DNA of 63,736 nucleotides, counting the filler, from Lama guanicoe (Eukaryota), in the NCBI GenBank assembly GCA_013239625.1. It is 73 parts of 73 records of this genome, joined end to end, with 100 filler letters (N's around TTAATTAATTAA, not from the genome) between each part and the next. Parts side by side here need not be neighbours in the genome. Positions count along the whole stretch, not along the records: positions 50,403 to 51,334 come from PNXV01011840.1; positions 51,435 to 51,953 come from MU055105.1; positions 52,054 to 52,851 come from MU055106.1; positions 52,952 to 53,876 come from MU055112.1; positions 53,977 to 55,093 come from MU055113.1; positions 55,194 to 55,998 come from MU055114.1; positions 56,099 to 56,592 come from MU055115.1; positions 56,693 to 57,689 come from PNXV01011951.1; 65 more parts are not named here. The stretch is one strand, 5' to 3'. The position numbers and the translations under genes are program-made. Shown here piece by piece: positions 50,403 to 62,357 of the stretch. The stretch's first letter is position 1. The number at the start of each line of letters is the position of its first letter. The notes under the pieces were generated by a model. It saw only the letters and a program-made list of their open reading frames with translations. It was not told where the DNA came from and made no database searches.

Positions 50403-51334
50403 GTGTTCTGTTATTCTGGGTATGGGGAGGTTCCTCAAACTGACAGCAGCACATGGGTTCTAATACTATACATTTACTTGTATTCAATGATGGCTTGCCA
50501 AGGGCGGTGTGAGGGGGAAATTGGGGGTTGGGCTGCAAATCCAAGTTTTAGCGAGTGCTTCACCATGGGAAGAGGAAACTATTAACCAAAATCCCACAAA
50601 CTTGGAATACCTGTGCTCCTTGAAAAATGCGTGGACTCTGTTTCCCCACCTCTAGCACACACATGAAGAATTAAGTGTGGGGAGGCACCTCCCACTGACA
50701 GCAGCATCTGGGATCTAATAGGGTCCCTTAGGTTACCTTCCCTGAGTGTTTTCCAAGGACGTGATGGGAGCGAAGGTGGGGGTTGGGATCTAAAACCAAC
50801 AAATAGCGAGTGCCTCTCTATGGGCAGTGGAGGTGTTTAAAGTACGTTCCCTCCCTGGGAACACCTGTGCCCCCATTCATCTGTGTGGACTGGGTATCCA
50901 CACCTCCCCCACACACAAGGCTGGGATCCGGAATCCTGAGTGTGTGGAACATCTTCCAACTGACAGCAGCGCCTGGGTTCTAATAGAATCCCTTAGCTTG
51001 TCTTACCTGATGGCATACCTAGGCTGGAGAGTGGGGGAAAGTGGGGGTTGGGTTTGCAGTTTAGTAGCAACGAGTGCCCCCCGATTTACTGAGGAAGAAC
51101 TTAGAGGATTTCACGCTAATGTGGAACACCTGGACCCCATTCAACTGAGTGGATTGGGTATCCACATATCCCCCACACACAAGGCTGGGATCCGGAATCC
51201 TGAGTGTGTGGAACATCTTAAAACTGACAGCAGCGCCTGTGTTCTAATAGAATAACTCAGATTGACTCCCTAATTTTTTTCCTACACCTAGCAGTGAGCG
51301 ATGGTGGGGAATGGGCTCCAAAGCCAAGAATAAG
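50403..51334. repeat. Diverged 255-265-bp satellite (opposite orientation to 18883)
   Basis: TGACAGCAGC at 50441, 50696, 50961 and 51225. Confidence 0.9.
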
Positions 51335-51744
51335 NNNNNNNNNNNNNNNNNNNNNNNNNNNNNNNNNNNNNNNNNNNNTTAATTAATTAANNNNNNNNNN
51401 NNNNNNNNNNNNNNNNNNNNNNNNNNNNNNNNNNCAAATAGCACAACTCAGGACTTAACAAATTGTAATAAAAGCACAGAAGTACTTCACATAAAAAAAA
51501 TTAAAAAAAAAAAAAGACTGTGTTGCCTAGGTGTGACCCCTAGCATGCTGTTCAGTCTAAACTGTATGAGGGCACCTTTAACTTGGTAGACCTGGATCAA
51601 GCAAAGAACTTCTGTTGTAGGAAATTCAAAGATGGAATAGACAGAGTTTTGGTCTTCAAGGTGCTCATAACACAACAGAGTTGTCCCTGGTTAATGCCTG
51701 TATTTTTTTTAAACAGGACTTTCAAAGAAAACATTCTTATCTGT

Positions 51745-51860
51745 TAATTGATTCACTTAACAGATGACTATCGAGTGTCTTTTAGGTACTAGGCACCACT
51801 CTGACGTTACAGAATGCAAACAGGTCAAAAGCACAGTTCCTGGCCTCCGGGAGGTTGTTA
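51745..51860 (-). mobile_element. L2 3' end remnant
   Basis: ATTCACTTAACAGATGACTATCGAGTGTCTTTTAGGTACTAGGCAC. Confidence 0.55.
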
Positions 51861-52053
51861 CTGTCATCCTCATTTTTATGATTTGCTTTGCTTTATTCTG
51901 TGCCTACTGTGTCCCAGAGCCCACTAGGACTTTGTAACTGTCTTTCTGTATTTNNNNNNNNNNNNNNNNNNNNNNNNNNNNNNNNNNNNNNNNNNNNTTA
52001 ATTAATTAANNNNNNNNNNNNNNNNNNNNNNNNNNNNNNNNNNNNNNNNNNNN

Positions 52054-52851
52054 TATTTTCTATATTCTAAATTCTATATTCAGTAATCTACATTCTATAT
52101 TCAATATTCTTTATTCTATATTCTAAATCCTGTGTTTTGCATTCCATTTTCTAAATTCTGGGTTCTATATTCTCTATTCTCTATTCTCTAATGTGTCTTT
52201 TCAATTCTATATTCTACATAATATATTTTGCATTTCGTATTCTATATTCTATATTCTGTGTTTTATATTCTATACTCTAAATTCTATATTCAGCATTCTG
52301 CATTCTATATTCTAAATTCTGGGTTCTGCATTCCATGTTCTAAATTCTGTATTCTATATTCTCTATTCTATATTCTATATTCTGTGTTTTATATTCTATA
52401 CTCTAAATTCTATATTCAGTATTCTGTATTCCATATTCTAAATTCTGTGTTCTACCTTCTATATTCTTAATCCTATATTCAGTATTCTGTATTCTATATT
52501 TTATATTCGGTGTTCTACATTCCATGTTCTAAATTCTTGGTTCTATATTCTCTATTCTATATTCTATATTCTGTGTTCTACATTCTATATTCTAAATTCT
52601 CTATNNNNNNNNNNNNNNNNNNNNNNNNNNNNNNNNNNNNNNNNNNNNNNNNNNNNNNNNNNNNNNNNNNTTCTGCATTCCATGTTCTAAATTCTAGCTT
52701 CTAAATTTTCTATTCTATATTCCAAATTTTGTGGTATGGTTTTAATATTCTATATTAAATATACTGCATTCAGTAGTCTATATTCTTTATTCTGTATTAT
52801 ATAATGTATATTCTAAATTCTATATTCAGTTTTCTGTATTCCATAGTCTAA
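52054..52851. repeat. AT-rich 7-bp-unit satellite
   Basis: Tandem TATATTC variants with a 126-bp internal repeat (52258/52384). Confidence 0.95.
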
Positions 52852-53976
52852 NNNNNNNNNNNNNNNNNNNNNNNNNNNNNNNNNNNNNNNNNNNNTTAAT
52901 TAATTAANNNNNNNNNNNNNNNNNNNNNNNNNNNNNNNNNNNNNNNNNNNNCCCCAGGCCAGCCTTCTGAAGGTGTGGGCTGGGGTGGGGCAGGGAGGGT
53001 CAGCCCAGGTCAGATTGATCTAGACCAGGGGGAAGCATGGAATGATGGGGACCAGGGCTAGGGCGGCTCCATTCTCTCTTCATGGTCTTCCCCTAGCAGG
53101 GGCCTCCTCTGCTGGTTCCACTTCCCCCAGGGAGCCCACTCACAGCCTAGGCCAGCCCCAGGAGCCCAGCCAGGGGTGGGACCCAGCCTAAGGCTGGCTC
53201 TGCTACCACGTAGCTCCTGGAGCAGGAGATTGGACCCCTTGGACTGGTCCCCTGGTGAGGGAAGAACCGTCCTGTGCCTATCCTCAAGGAGACACCTGGC
53301 ACTGTTGCCTTCCCTGGGCAGAGACTTGTAATGATTTTCTTGTCTGCCTCTTCGTCTGTGCCTTTTCTTTGGAGGAGTTGACCGCATCCTCCCATCTTTT
53401 GGGCAAGCGGGCTGGATGAGAAAAAGAAAAAAAAAAACAATAACACTTTGAATTTGTTTGTATTATTTAAATTTTTATGAATGTATTTGTATACTACATC
53501 CTATCTAAAGTTGAAATAGAGATTTAAGAAAGAACTAGCAATGTAAGAAATCCACAGTAATGTGTAAGTTATTTAGAGAGTTAACACGAGATATTTGCAC
53601 TCTCAAAGAAGCTTGCTAATGCAGATGATGCTAGAAGAATGCTAATTCTTTTAGTTGTTTATAAAATGTATAGAGGTATGTGTGTTCCTTCTTCTCACAG
53701 GGTTTAGTAACTTGGGGAGCGGGGCTGCTACAGGTTCAGGTCCTACTTCAGTGGCAGGTCCATCTTATCTCCTCTTCAGGTCATATTCTCAAGCAGGAGC
53801 TACAGGATGACATGACTAAAACTGTTAACTTCCTTTGCTTACCCACAAGCCTGTAAGAGGCTTCTGCAGGACTTCCNNNNNNNNNNNNNNNNNNNNNNNN
53901 NNNNNNNNNNNNNNNNNNNNTTAATTAATTAANNNNNNNNNNNNNNNNNNNNNNNNNNNNNNNNNNNNNNNNNNNN

Positions 53977-55093
53977 TTATGAAATATAAAATATTCATGG
54001 AAGGCTTTGACAATTTCCCATTAATGTAAAATAATAGGTAAAGCATTTTCAGAGTGTGAAATGCCCTGAAATGTTGGAAAATTTGTGGGCAACATCAGGG
54101 AACCTAAGACTTCTGCTCACAATCATGCAGCCAGTGTCAGCTGATAAGACTGGAATGGCAAATTTGAGTCCTTAATATGTGTCACCAATTGTGAAGAAAG
54201 CCTTTTGTAATCTGGAGAATAGGCAAATTGGCCAGGGTAAATACTAGCAACATCCCACCAACATGACCTTTACCAAGAGAAGAAAGGAGCCCACTTGCAG
54301 CAGGAGAACTCTGTCTGGAGAGCAGTGGTTGTTCCTACAACAGAAACATCAAGATTTTAAGTTTGTCAGCTCATCTCTGATGGTGGCTATGTTGTTGCTT
54401 ACATTAGCAGTCTCGGGTTCAGATGGGCTGGTTCAGCAGCTAGTTTCCATCTCTCATATCAGAGAATGGGTCTTACCGTGAACATCTTAACAAGGTTCTA
54501 TACTGATAAGTCACAAGCTACAGTTTACTTTCAAAATTAAAAATCCTAAAGAAGAATANNNNNNNNNNNNNNNNNNNNNNNNNNNNNNNNNNNNNNNNNN
54601 NNNNNNNNNNNNNNNNNNNNNNNNNNNNNNNNNNNNNNNNNNNNNNNNNNNNNNNNNNNNNNNNNNNNNNNNNNNNNNNNNNNNNNNNNNNNNNNNNNNN
54701 NNNNNNNNNNNNNNNNNNNNNNNNNNNNNNNNNNNNNNNNNNNNNNNNNNNNNNNNNNNNNNNNNNNTATGTCACCAGTTTTGAAGAAAGCCTTTGAATC
54801 TCGAGAATAGGCAAATAGGCCAGGGTAAACTCTCTCAACATGCCACCAATATGACCTTTACCAAGAGAAGAAAGGAGCCCACTTGCAGCAGGAGAACTCT
54901 GTCTGGACAGCAGTGGTTGATCCTACAACAGAAACATCAAGATTTTAAGTTTGTCAGCTCATCTCTGATGGTGGCTATGTTGTTGCTTACATTAGCAGTC
55001 TGGGGTTCAGATGGGCTGGTTCAGCAGCAAGTTTCCATCTCACGTATCAGAGAATGGGTCTTACCGTGAACATCTTAACAAGGTTCTATACTG
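53977..55093. repeat. Tandem repeat or duplication with a ~590-bp unit
   Basis: About 54178-54504 is repeated at 54768-55093, with 6 substitutions over the 219-nt core. Confidence 0.9.
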
Positions 55094-55193
55094 NNNNNNN
55101 NNNNNNNNNNNNNNNNNNNNNNNNNNNNNNNNNNNNNTTAATTAATTAANNNNNNNNNNNNNNNNNNNNNNNNNNNNNNNNNNNNNNNNNNNN

Positions 55194-55998
55194 TTCTGCA
55201 TTCCGTATTCAATATTCTGTATTCTGTGTTCTACATTCTATAATCTAAATTCTATGTTCAGTATTTTGTATTCTATATTCTAATTTCTGTGTTCTGCATT
55301 CCATGTTCTGAATCCTGAGGTCTGTATTCTGTTTTCCATATTCAAAATTCTGTGTTCTATATTTTATATTCTGTATTCTATATTCTACATTCCGTATTCT
55401 ATATTGTATATTCTGTGTTCTTCATTCTATATTCTNNNNNNNNNNNNNNNNNNNNNNNNNNNNNNNNNNNNNNNNNNNNNNNNNNNNNNNNNNNNNNNNN
55501 NNNNNNNNNNNNNNNNNNNNNNNNNNNNNNNNNNNNNNNNNNNNNNNNNNNNNNNNNNNNNNNNNNNNNNNNNNNNNNNNNNNNNNNNNNNNNNNNNNNN
55601 NNNNNNNNNNNNNNNNNNNNNNNNNNNNNNNNNNNNNNNNNNNNNNNNNNNNNNNNNNNNNNNNNNNNNNNNNNNNNNNNNNNNNNNNNNNNNNNNNNNN
55701 NNNNNNNNNNNNNNNNNNNNNNNNNNNNNNNNNNNNNNNNNNNNNNNNNNNNNNNNNNNNNNNNNNNNNNNNNNNNNNNNNNNNNNNTATATTCTGTGTT
55801 CTACATTCTATTTTGTAAACTCTGTATTCAGTGTTCTGTATTCTATATTCTAAATTCTGTGTTCTGCAATCCATGTTCTAAAACCTTGGTTCTATATTCT
55901 CTAATCAATATCCTATATTCTGTGTTCTTTATTCTATATTCTAAATCTGTATTCTGAATTCGTTAATCAATATTCTAAATTCTGTGTTTTTCATTCTA
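55194..55998. repeat. AT-rich 7-bp-unit satellite
   Basis: Tandem TATATTC variants. Confidence 0.95.
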
Positions 55999-56098
55999 NN
56001 NNNNNNNNNNNNNNNNNNNNNNNNNNNNNNNNNNNNNNNNNNTTAATTAATTAANNNNNNNNNNNNNNNNNNNNNNNNNNNNNNNNNNNNNNNNNNNN

Positions 56099-56592
56099 CT
56101 AGGGGGGTTTGCAGGATATCCCAGTGACAGAGGCTGCCTCACCAAGGAAAGGGAAGATACTTCTCGGACTTCCCCGAACAGGGAACACCTGTGAGTGAAG
56201 AGAGCTGCGTGGAGTTGTCTCTCGAGCTCCCCCACGCACTGACAATGGTTCCGGAATCCTGAGCGTGGGGAGGTTCCACCAACGGTCGGCAGCGCGTGGA
56301 TTNNNNNNNNNNNNNNNNNNNNNNNNNNNNNNNNNNNNNNNNNNNNNNNNNNNNNNNNNNNNNNNNNNNNNNNNNNNNNNNNNNNNNNNNNNNNNNNNNN
56401 NNNNNNNNNNNNNNNNNNNNNNNNNNNNNNNNNNNNNNNNNNNNNNNNNNNNNNNNNNNNNNNNNNNNNNNNNNNNNNNNNNNNNNNNNNNNNNNNNNNN
56501 NNNNNNTATTTCCGGAGAGCGTGGGGAAGTTCCAACAACGGTATGCTGCGCGTGGGTTGTAACGGAAAGCCTTAGCTCGTCTCCCCTGAGGG
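56099..56592. repeat. 267-bp satellite
   Basis: Same monomer as the other 267-bp fragments. Confidence 0.95.
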
Positions 56593-57047
56593 NNNNNNNN
56601 NNNNNNNNNNNNNNNNNNNNNNNNNNNNNNNNNNNNTTAATTAATTAANNNNNNNNNNNNNNNNNNNNNNNNNNNNNNNNNNNNNNNNNNNNATAGTGTT
56701 GATCAAGGTGTAGAAAAATGGATTGTCTTCTGGTCAGAGTGCAAATTGATTTATCCACTATAGAGTGTATTTGTTAATATAGGAAATATCTATACTCAGC
56801 TATTTAATTTCTCCTCATTTACTCTAAAAGACTTCTTGTGCTTATGCACAATGCAGCATGTGCATGTATACTCACTGTAGCATCACTTAGAACAAAATTT
56901 AAAGCAAGCTAAGTTCCCAGAAGTGGCTGAGAAACTATGATGCATTCAGAACACGTCATACTGCTCAGTAGCAGTTATAAATAATGAGCTGTAACTGCGT
57001 GTTGGCAAGAAGAATCTTTGTGACAGACTGAAGATAAAAACTGTAAT

Positions 57048-57180
57048 GGGGGAGGGAATAGCTCTGTGGTAGAGTGCATGCCTCGCCTGCATTAGTCTTG
57101 GGTTCAATGCCCAGTACCTCTAGTAAGAAAATAAGTAAATAAATTAGCCTAATTACCCCCCCAAATATTTTTTTAAAAAA
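57048..57180 (+). mobile_element. tRNA-derived SINE (vic-1-like)
   Basis: GGGGGAGGGAATAGCTCTGTGGTAGAG...GGGTTCAATGCCCAGTACCTC...GCCTAATTACCCCCC. Confidence 0.88.
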
Positions 57181-57256
57181 TTGATCTTATGATGTGTCAC
57201 CATTTATTGCAAAAGAGGAAAGGAAAACATGTGGTAATACTATAGATTTTCTACAG

Positions 57257-57473
57257 CAGTGGCTTTCAAAGTCATTTTGGAAATGACCCTCAGTAAGATA
57301 CACAGTGTATATGACTGGGTGGACCCTTACTTCATGCAGTGCACTCTGAATTTTTTCTATCCTGTTCTATTTCTTTTCATCCCATTCCATTCCCTTTGTT
57401 TTTTTTTTCTCAAAATGCTGGTCATGACTCGTTAAACAGATTTTAAGACTCAACCACAGACTGAAAAATACTG
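57257..57473. mobile_element. hAT-Charlie-type non-autonomous DNA transposon
   Basis: Imperfect TIRs CAGTGGCTTTCA / TGAAAAATACTG, with 8-bp flanks TTCTACAG / TTCTGAAG. Confidence 0.65.
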
Positions 57474-57789
57474 TTCTGAAGATACACACTTAAGTATGTC
57501 AATGGACAGAAGAGCAACTGGAAGGCAATGCGCCACGCTAACAGCAGAGATTACTTCCGGGGGAGGTGGCTGGTGGGTGGTGGCCGCAGGGAGCCTCGAG
57601 CTGCTTCTGTGACACTTAACGTTGTTTCACATTTGTTTACTCATTTTACAGTGGGCATGTGTAATTACATATTTTTCAGTTATGTTTTTNNNNNNNNNNN
57701 NNNNNNNNNNNNNNNNNNNNNNNNNNNNNNNNNTTAATTAATTAANNNNNNNNNNNNNNNNNNNNNNNNNNNNNNNNNNNNNNNNNNNN

Positions 57790-58361
57790 AATCTCTGTGT
57801 TATGAATTCCACGTTCTAAATTCTTTGTTCTTCATTCTTTATTCTGTATTCAATATTCGGAGTTAATCATTCTGTATGATACAATATATATTATGTATTC
57901 TGTATCCACTGTTCTTAATTCTGTGTTCTGAATTGCATATCTAAATTCTGTGTACTGTAATCTGTATTCTATATTCAAATTCTGAGTTCTACATTCTCTA
58001 TTCTACATTCTCTATTCCGTATTCTATATTCTATATTCTGCGTTCTACATTCTATNNNNNNNNNNNNNNNNNNNNNNNNNNNNNNNNNNNNNNNNNNNNN
58101 NNNNNNNNNNNNNNNNNNNNNNNNNNNNNNNNNNNNNNNNNNNNNNNNNNNNNNNNNNNNNNNNNNNNNNNNNNNNNNNNNNNNNNNNNNNNNNNNNNNN
58201 NNNNNNNNNNNNNNNNNNNNNNNNNNNNNNNNNNNNNNNNNNTGTAACCTGTAAATTCTGTGATCTGAATTCCGTGTTCTAAATTCTGGGTTCTGTATTC
58301 TGTATTGTATATTCTATATTATGTGTTTTACATTCAATATTCTACATTCTATATTCTGTCT
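57790..58361. repeat. AT-rich 7-bp-unit satellite
   Basis: Tandem TATATTC variants. Confidence 0.92.
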
Positions 58362-58461
58362 NNNNNNNNNNNNNNNNNNNNNNNNNNNNNNNNNNNNNNN
58401 NNNNNTTAATTAATTAANNNNNNNNNNNNNNNNNNNNNNNNNNNNNNNNNNNNNNNNNNNN

Positions 58462-58694
58462 TGACTAGAAAAATCTTCTCTTTTCTTAGAGCATTTACTT
58501 TAGAAAACTTGAATGAATGAATTCAAATTATAAATGCAAATCTTCTACAGCCCACAAATGTCTTTCTCAAAGATCTATGTGTCAACTGTTTAAAAAATGC
58601 AATCATTGAAGGATATAACATTCTCTAACTCCCAGTCACTGTGGGAGGGTGGGAGACTACCTGCAGTAAGGGGCAATGAGCAAACACAGGTGAC
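58462..58694. mobile_element. ERV1-type LTR fragment
   Basis: CTTAGAGCATTTACTTTAGAAAACTTG...CTCCCAGTCACTGTGGGAGGGTGGGAG. Confidence 0.55.
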
Positions 58695-58784
58695 NNNNNN
58701 NNNNNNNNNNNNNNNNNNNNNNNNNNNNNNNNNNNNNNNCGTTTTTCCAACACTTAGGCTTTTAAAAATCCTCTCCCATGATCT

Positions 58785-59123
58785 ATCGCCTCATGCCTAT
58801 TAGAATGACTGTTATCAAAAACTCAAGAAGTAACAAATGGTGGAGATGATGTGGAGAAATGGAACCCCTGTGCACTGTTTGTAGGAATGTAAATTGGTGC
58901 AGCCACTATGGAAAACAGTATGGAGAGTCCTCAAAAAAAAAAAATAGAACTGCCATATGATTCCACAATTCCTCTTCTGGGTATTCTTCTAAAGAAAATG
59001 AAAATATTAACTTTAAAAGATACATGCACCCACATGTTTATTGCTGCATTATTTACAATAACCAAGATATGGAAACAGTCTGAGTGGCTATGATCTAAGA
59101 TGGATGGATAAAGAAGATACAAG
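58785..59123 (+). mobile_element. L1 ORF2 3' fragment
   Basis: [18 protein letters not shown]...DTCTHMFIAALFTITKIWKQ matches the ORF2p C-terminus. Confidence 0.95.
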
Positions 59124-59201
59124 ATATATATCTATCTATATATATATATATCTATCTATCTATATATATATCTATCTATATATATATATATATATATATA
59201 T
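59124..59201. repeat. (TA)n/(TATC)n microsatellite
   Basis: Visible directly in the sequence. Confidence 0.95.
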
Positions 59202-59384
59202 GCCCAGGAAGTGAATGTACATTGTTTAGAGGAAGTGCTGTTTCACTTGAGTNNNNNNNNNNNNNNNNNNNNNNNNNNNNNNNNNNNNNNNNNNNNTTAA
59301 TTAATTAANNNNNNNNNNNNNNNNNNNNNNNNNNNNNNNNNNNNNNNNNNNNTTAATTAGCTATATTATATTTACATTTAATTT

Positions 59385-59806
59385 GGAAAGCTATGGCTAG
59401 ATTTTCTAATACTATACTGAATAAAAGTGGTAAGAGTCAACATTCTTGTCTTCTTCATGCTCTTAAAGGAGATGATTTCAGCTTTTAATCAGTGAGTGTC
59501 ATGTTATCTGTGTTCTTGTCATATATGACCTTAACTGTGATGAGGCATGTTTCCTCATGCCCAATTTGAGGAGATATATAATCATAAACATTTACTGAAT
59601 TGTCAAAACATTTTTATGACTCTATTGATGTGACCATTTAATTTTTATTCTTCAATTTGTTAGTGTGTTGTATCATATTGATTAATTTGTAGGTAATGTA
59701 TCACTTTTGCATCCCTGGAATAAAAGGGACTTAATCATACTGAAAATCCTTTTAATGTATTTTTTGATTTGCTAACATTTTAGTGATAATTTTTACATCT
59801 ATGCTT
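59385..59806 (-). mobile_element. L1 ORF2 (RT region) fragment
   Basis: TGAATAAAAGTGGTAAGAGT...CATTCTTGTCTT...TTGCATCCCTGGAATAAA. Confidence 0.9.
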
Positions 59807-59906
59807 NNNNNNNNNNNNNNNNNNNNNNNNNNNNNNNNNNNNNNNNNNNNTTAATTAATTAANNNNNNNNNNNNNNNNNNNNNNNNNNNNNNNNNNNNNN
59901 NNNNNN

Positions 59907-60887
59907 AGAATATAGAATATAGACAAAGGAATGCGGAATATAGAATATAGAATATAGAATTAAGAAAACAAAATATAGAAAAGAGAATAGAGAATATAGA
60001 ACCCAGAATTGAGAAATGGAATGCAGAANNNNNNNNNNNNNNNNNNNNNNNNNNNNNNNNNNNNNNNNNNNNNNNNNNNNNNNNNNNNNNNNNNNNNNNN
60101 NNNNNNNNNNNNNNNNNNNNNNNNNNNNNNNNNNNNNNNNNNNNNNNNNNNNNNNNNNNNNNNNNNNNNNNNNNNNNNNNNNNNNNNNNNNNNNNNNNNN
60201 NNNNNNNNNNNNNNNNNNNNNNNNNNNNNNNNNNNNNNNNNNNNNNNNNNNNNNNNNNNNNNNNNNNNNNNNNNNNNNNNNNNNNNNNNNNNNNGAATAA
60301 AGAAAACATAAATTTTAGAATATAGTATGTAGAACACAGAATATAGAATAGAGAATAGAGAATGGAGAACCCAGAAATTAGAACACAGAAAGCAGAACAC
60401 AGAATTTAGAATATAGAAAATTTAATACTTAATATAAAATTTACAATATAGAATGTTGAACACAGAGTATAGAATATAGAATACGGAATACTGAATATAG
60501 GATTTAGAATATAGAATGTAGAACACAGAATATAGAATAGAGAATAGAGAATGAAGAACCCAGAAATTAGAACACAGAAAGCAGAACACAGAATTTAGAA
60601 TATGGAAAGCAGAATATAGAACACGGAATTTAGAACATGGATTGCAGAGCACAGAATTTAGAATATAGATTACAGATTACTGAATATAGAATTTAGAATA
60701 TAGAATTTAGAACACAGAATATGGAATGTAGAATACGGAATGCAGAATATTGTATACAGAATATACAAGGTGGAACACAGAATTTAGAACATGAAAACCA
60801 GAATATAGAACACGGAATTTAGAACATGGAATGCAGAGCACAGAATTTAGAATATAGATTACAGATTACTGAATATAGAATTTAGAA
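59907..60887. repeat. AT-rich 7-bp-unit satellite with a 189-bp higher-order period
   Basis: Long matching blocks at 60369/60558 and 60621/60810. Confidence 0.95.
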
Positions 60888-61793
60888 NNNNNNNNNNNNN
60901 NNNNNNNNNNNNNNNNNNNNNNNNNNNNNNNTTAATTAATTAANNNNNNNNNNNNNNNNNNNNNNNNNNNNNNNNNNNNNNNNNNNNGACAGCACTTCTA
61001 GGAGTAGGATGAAAAGCAGCGAGGTAGACTTCTAGTTAAAGAGGGTGATGTAATAGGCCCCATCGCCCACTTACCTCCCACCAGAGGACAATCATCTCAG
61101 ATCGAGAACAAACACTTTGGGAAACAGAGGTTGTTTATGATTTTATGGTTTTCTGGTGGAAATAATGCCCTGAGTCATGTGAAGTTGTGGCTGCAAAATT
61201 GAACAGTGGACCAGACATTTTCACATTCAGGACATAAATAGCCCCTGGGTAGCCACCATATCTGCTTTCCCCTTTGCCTGTTCACCCCAAAAGTTGCAGG
61301 ACTCTCCTGCTTGCAATGACACCCACCACTTCTCACAAATTCTTGCCAAGTTCACGTCAGCAGCTGGTGGTGTCAAAGTCACCATTTGTACTGCTATGAA
61401 GTCCCTCCATTACTTTATATCCCTTCTATTTTCTCTGTTGTCTTCCTAGCTACACTTGCATTCACAAGATGGTTACCGCACTAACATTGCCTCTGTAATC
61501 AGTCCAGGATATAGGAAGTAGAGATTCAACTGTAGCCAGTCCCAGAATAATTGTCATGCCACTCTAGTGTCCCAAAAAATACTCTGGCATCCCTCATCTC
61601 ATTCAAAGAACCATTGCATTACTTAGAGGTTGTAAAATTAGAGAGCTTTCTCTACTGGGATACACTGTGGCTTGTGGTAGAGTTGTGATTTCANNNNNNN
61701 NNNNNNNNNNNNNNNNNNNNNNNNNNNNNNNNNNNNNTTAATTAATTAANNNNNNNNNNNNNNNNNNNNNNNNNNNNNNNNNNNNNNNNNNNN

Positions 61794-62257
61794 CTCAGAA
61801 TTTAGAATATAGTAAACAAAATACTTAATAAACAGTTTAAAATTTCAACGCAGAACACAGAATATAGAATATAAAATACATAATACTGAATATATAATTT
61901 ACAATATAGAATGTAGAAAACAGAATAAAAANNNNNNNNNNNNNNNNNNNNNNNNNNNNNNNNNNNNNNNNNNNNNNNNNNNNNNNNNNNNNNNNNNNNN
62001 NNNNNNNNNNNNNNNNNNNNNNNNNNNNNNNNNNNNNNNNNNNNNNNNNNNNNNNNNNNNNNNNNNNNNNNNNNNNNNNNNNNNNNNNNNNNNNNNNNNN
62101 NNNNNNNNNNNNNNNNNNNNNNNNNNNNNNNNNNNNNNNNNNNNNNNNNNNNNNNNNNNNAATGCACAACATTTATATAATAGAATACATAATACTCAAT
62201 AAAATATTTAGAATATAGAATGTAGAAGACAAAATTTAGGATATAGAATACAGAATG
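61794..62257. repeat. AT-rich 7-bp-unit satellite
   Basis: Tandem GAATATA variants. Confidence 0.9.
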
Positions 62258-62357
62258 NNNNNNNNNNNNNNNNNNNNNNNNNNNNNNNNNNNNNNNNNNN
62301 NTTAATTAATTAANNNNNNNNNNNNNNNNNNNNNNNNNNNNNNNNNNNNNNNNNNNN

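Noticed and set aside
53058..53446. Minus-strand polypyrimidine/AG site followed by basic ORFs (TPPKKRHRRRGR)
   Set aside because: It could be an exon, but I cannot identify the frame or any homology, and the pyrimidine tract may be just an A-rich run on the plus strand.
11129..57180. tRNA genes at 11129, 18634 and 57048
   Set aside because: A-rich tails, TSDs at two of the copies and degenerate stems identify them as SINEs.
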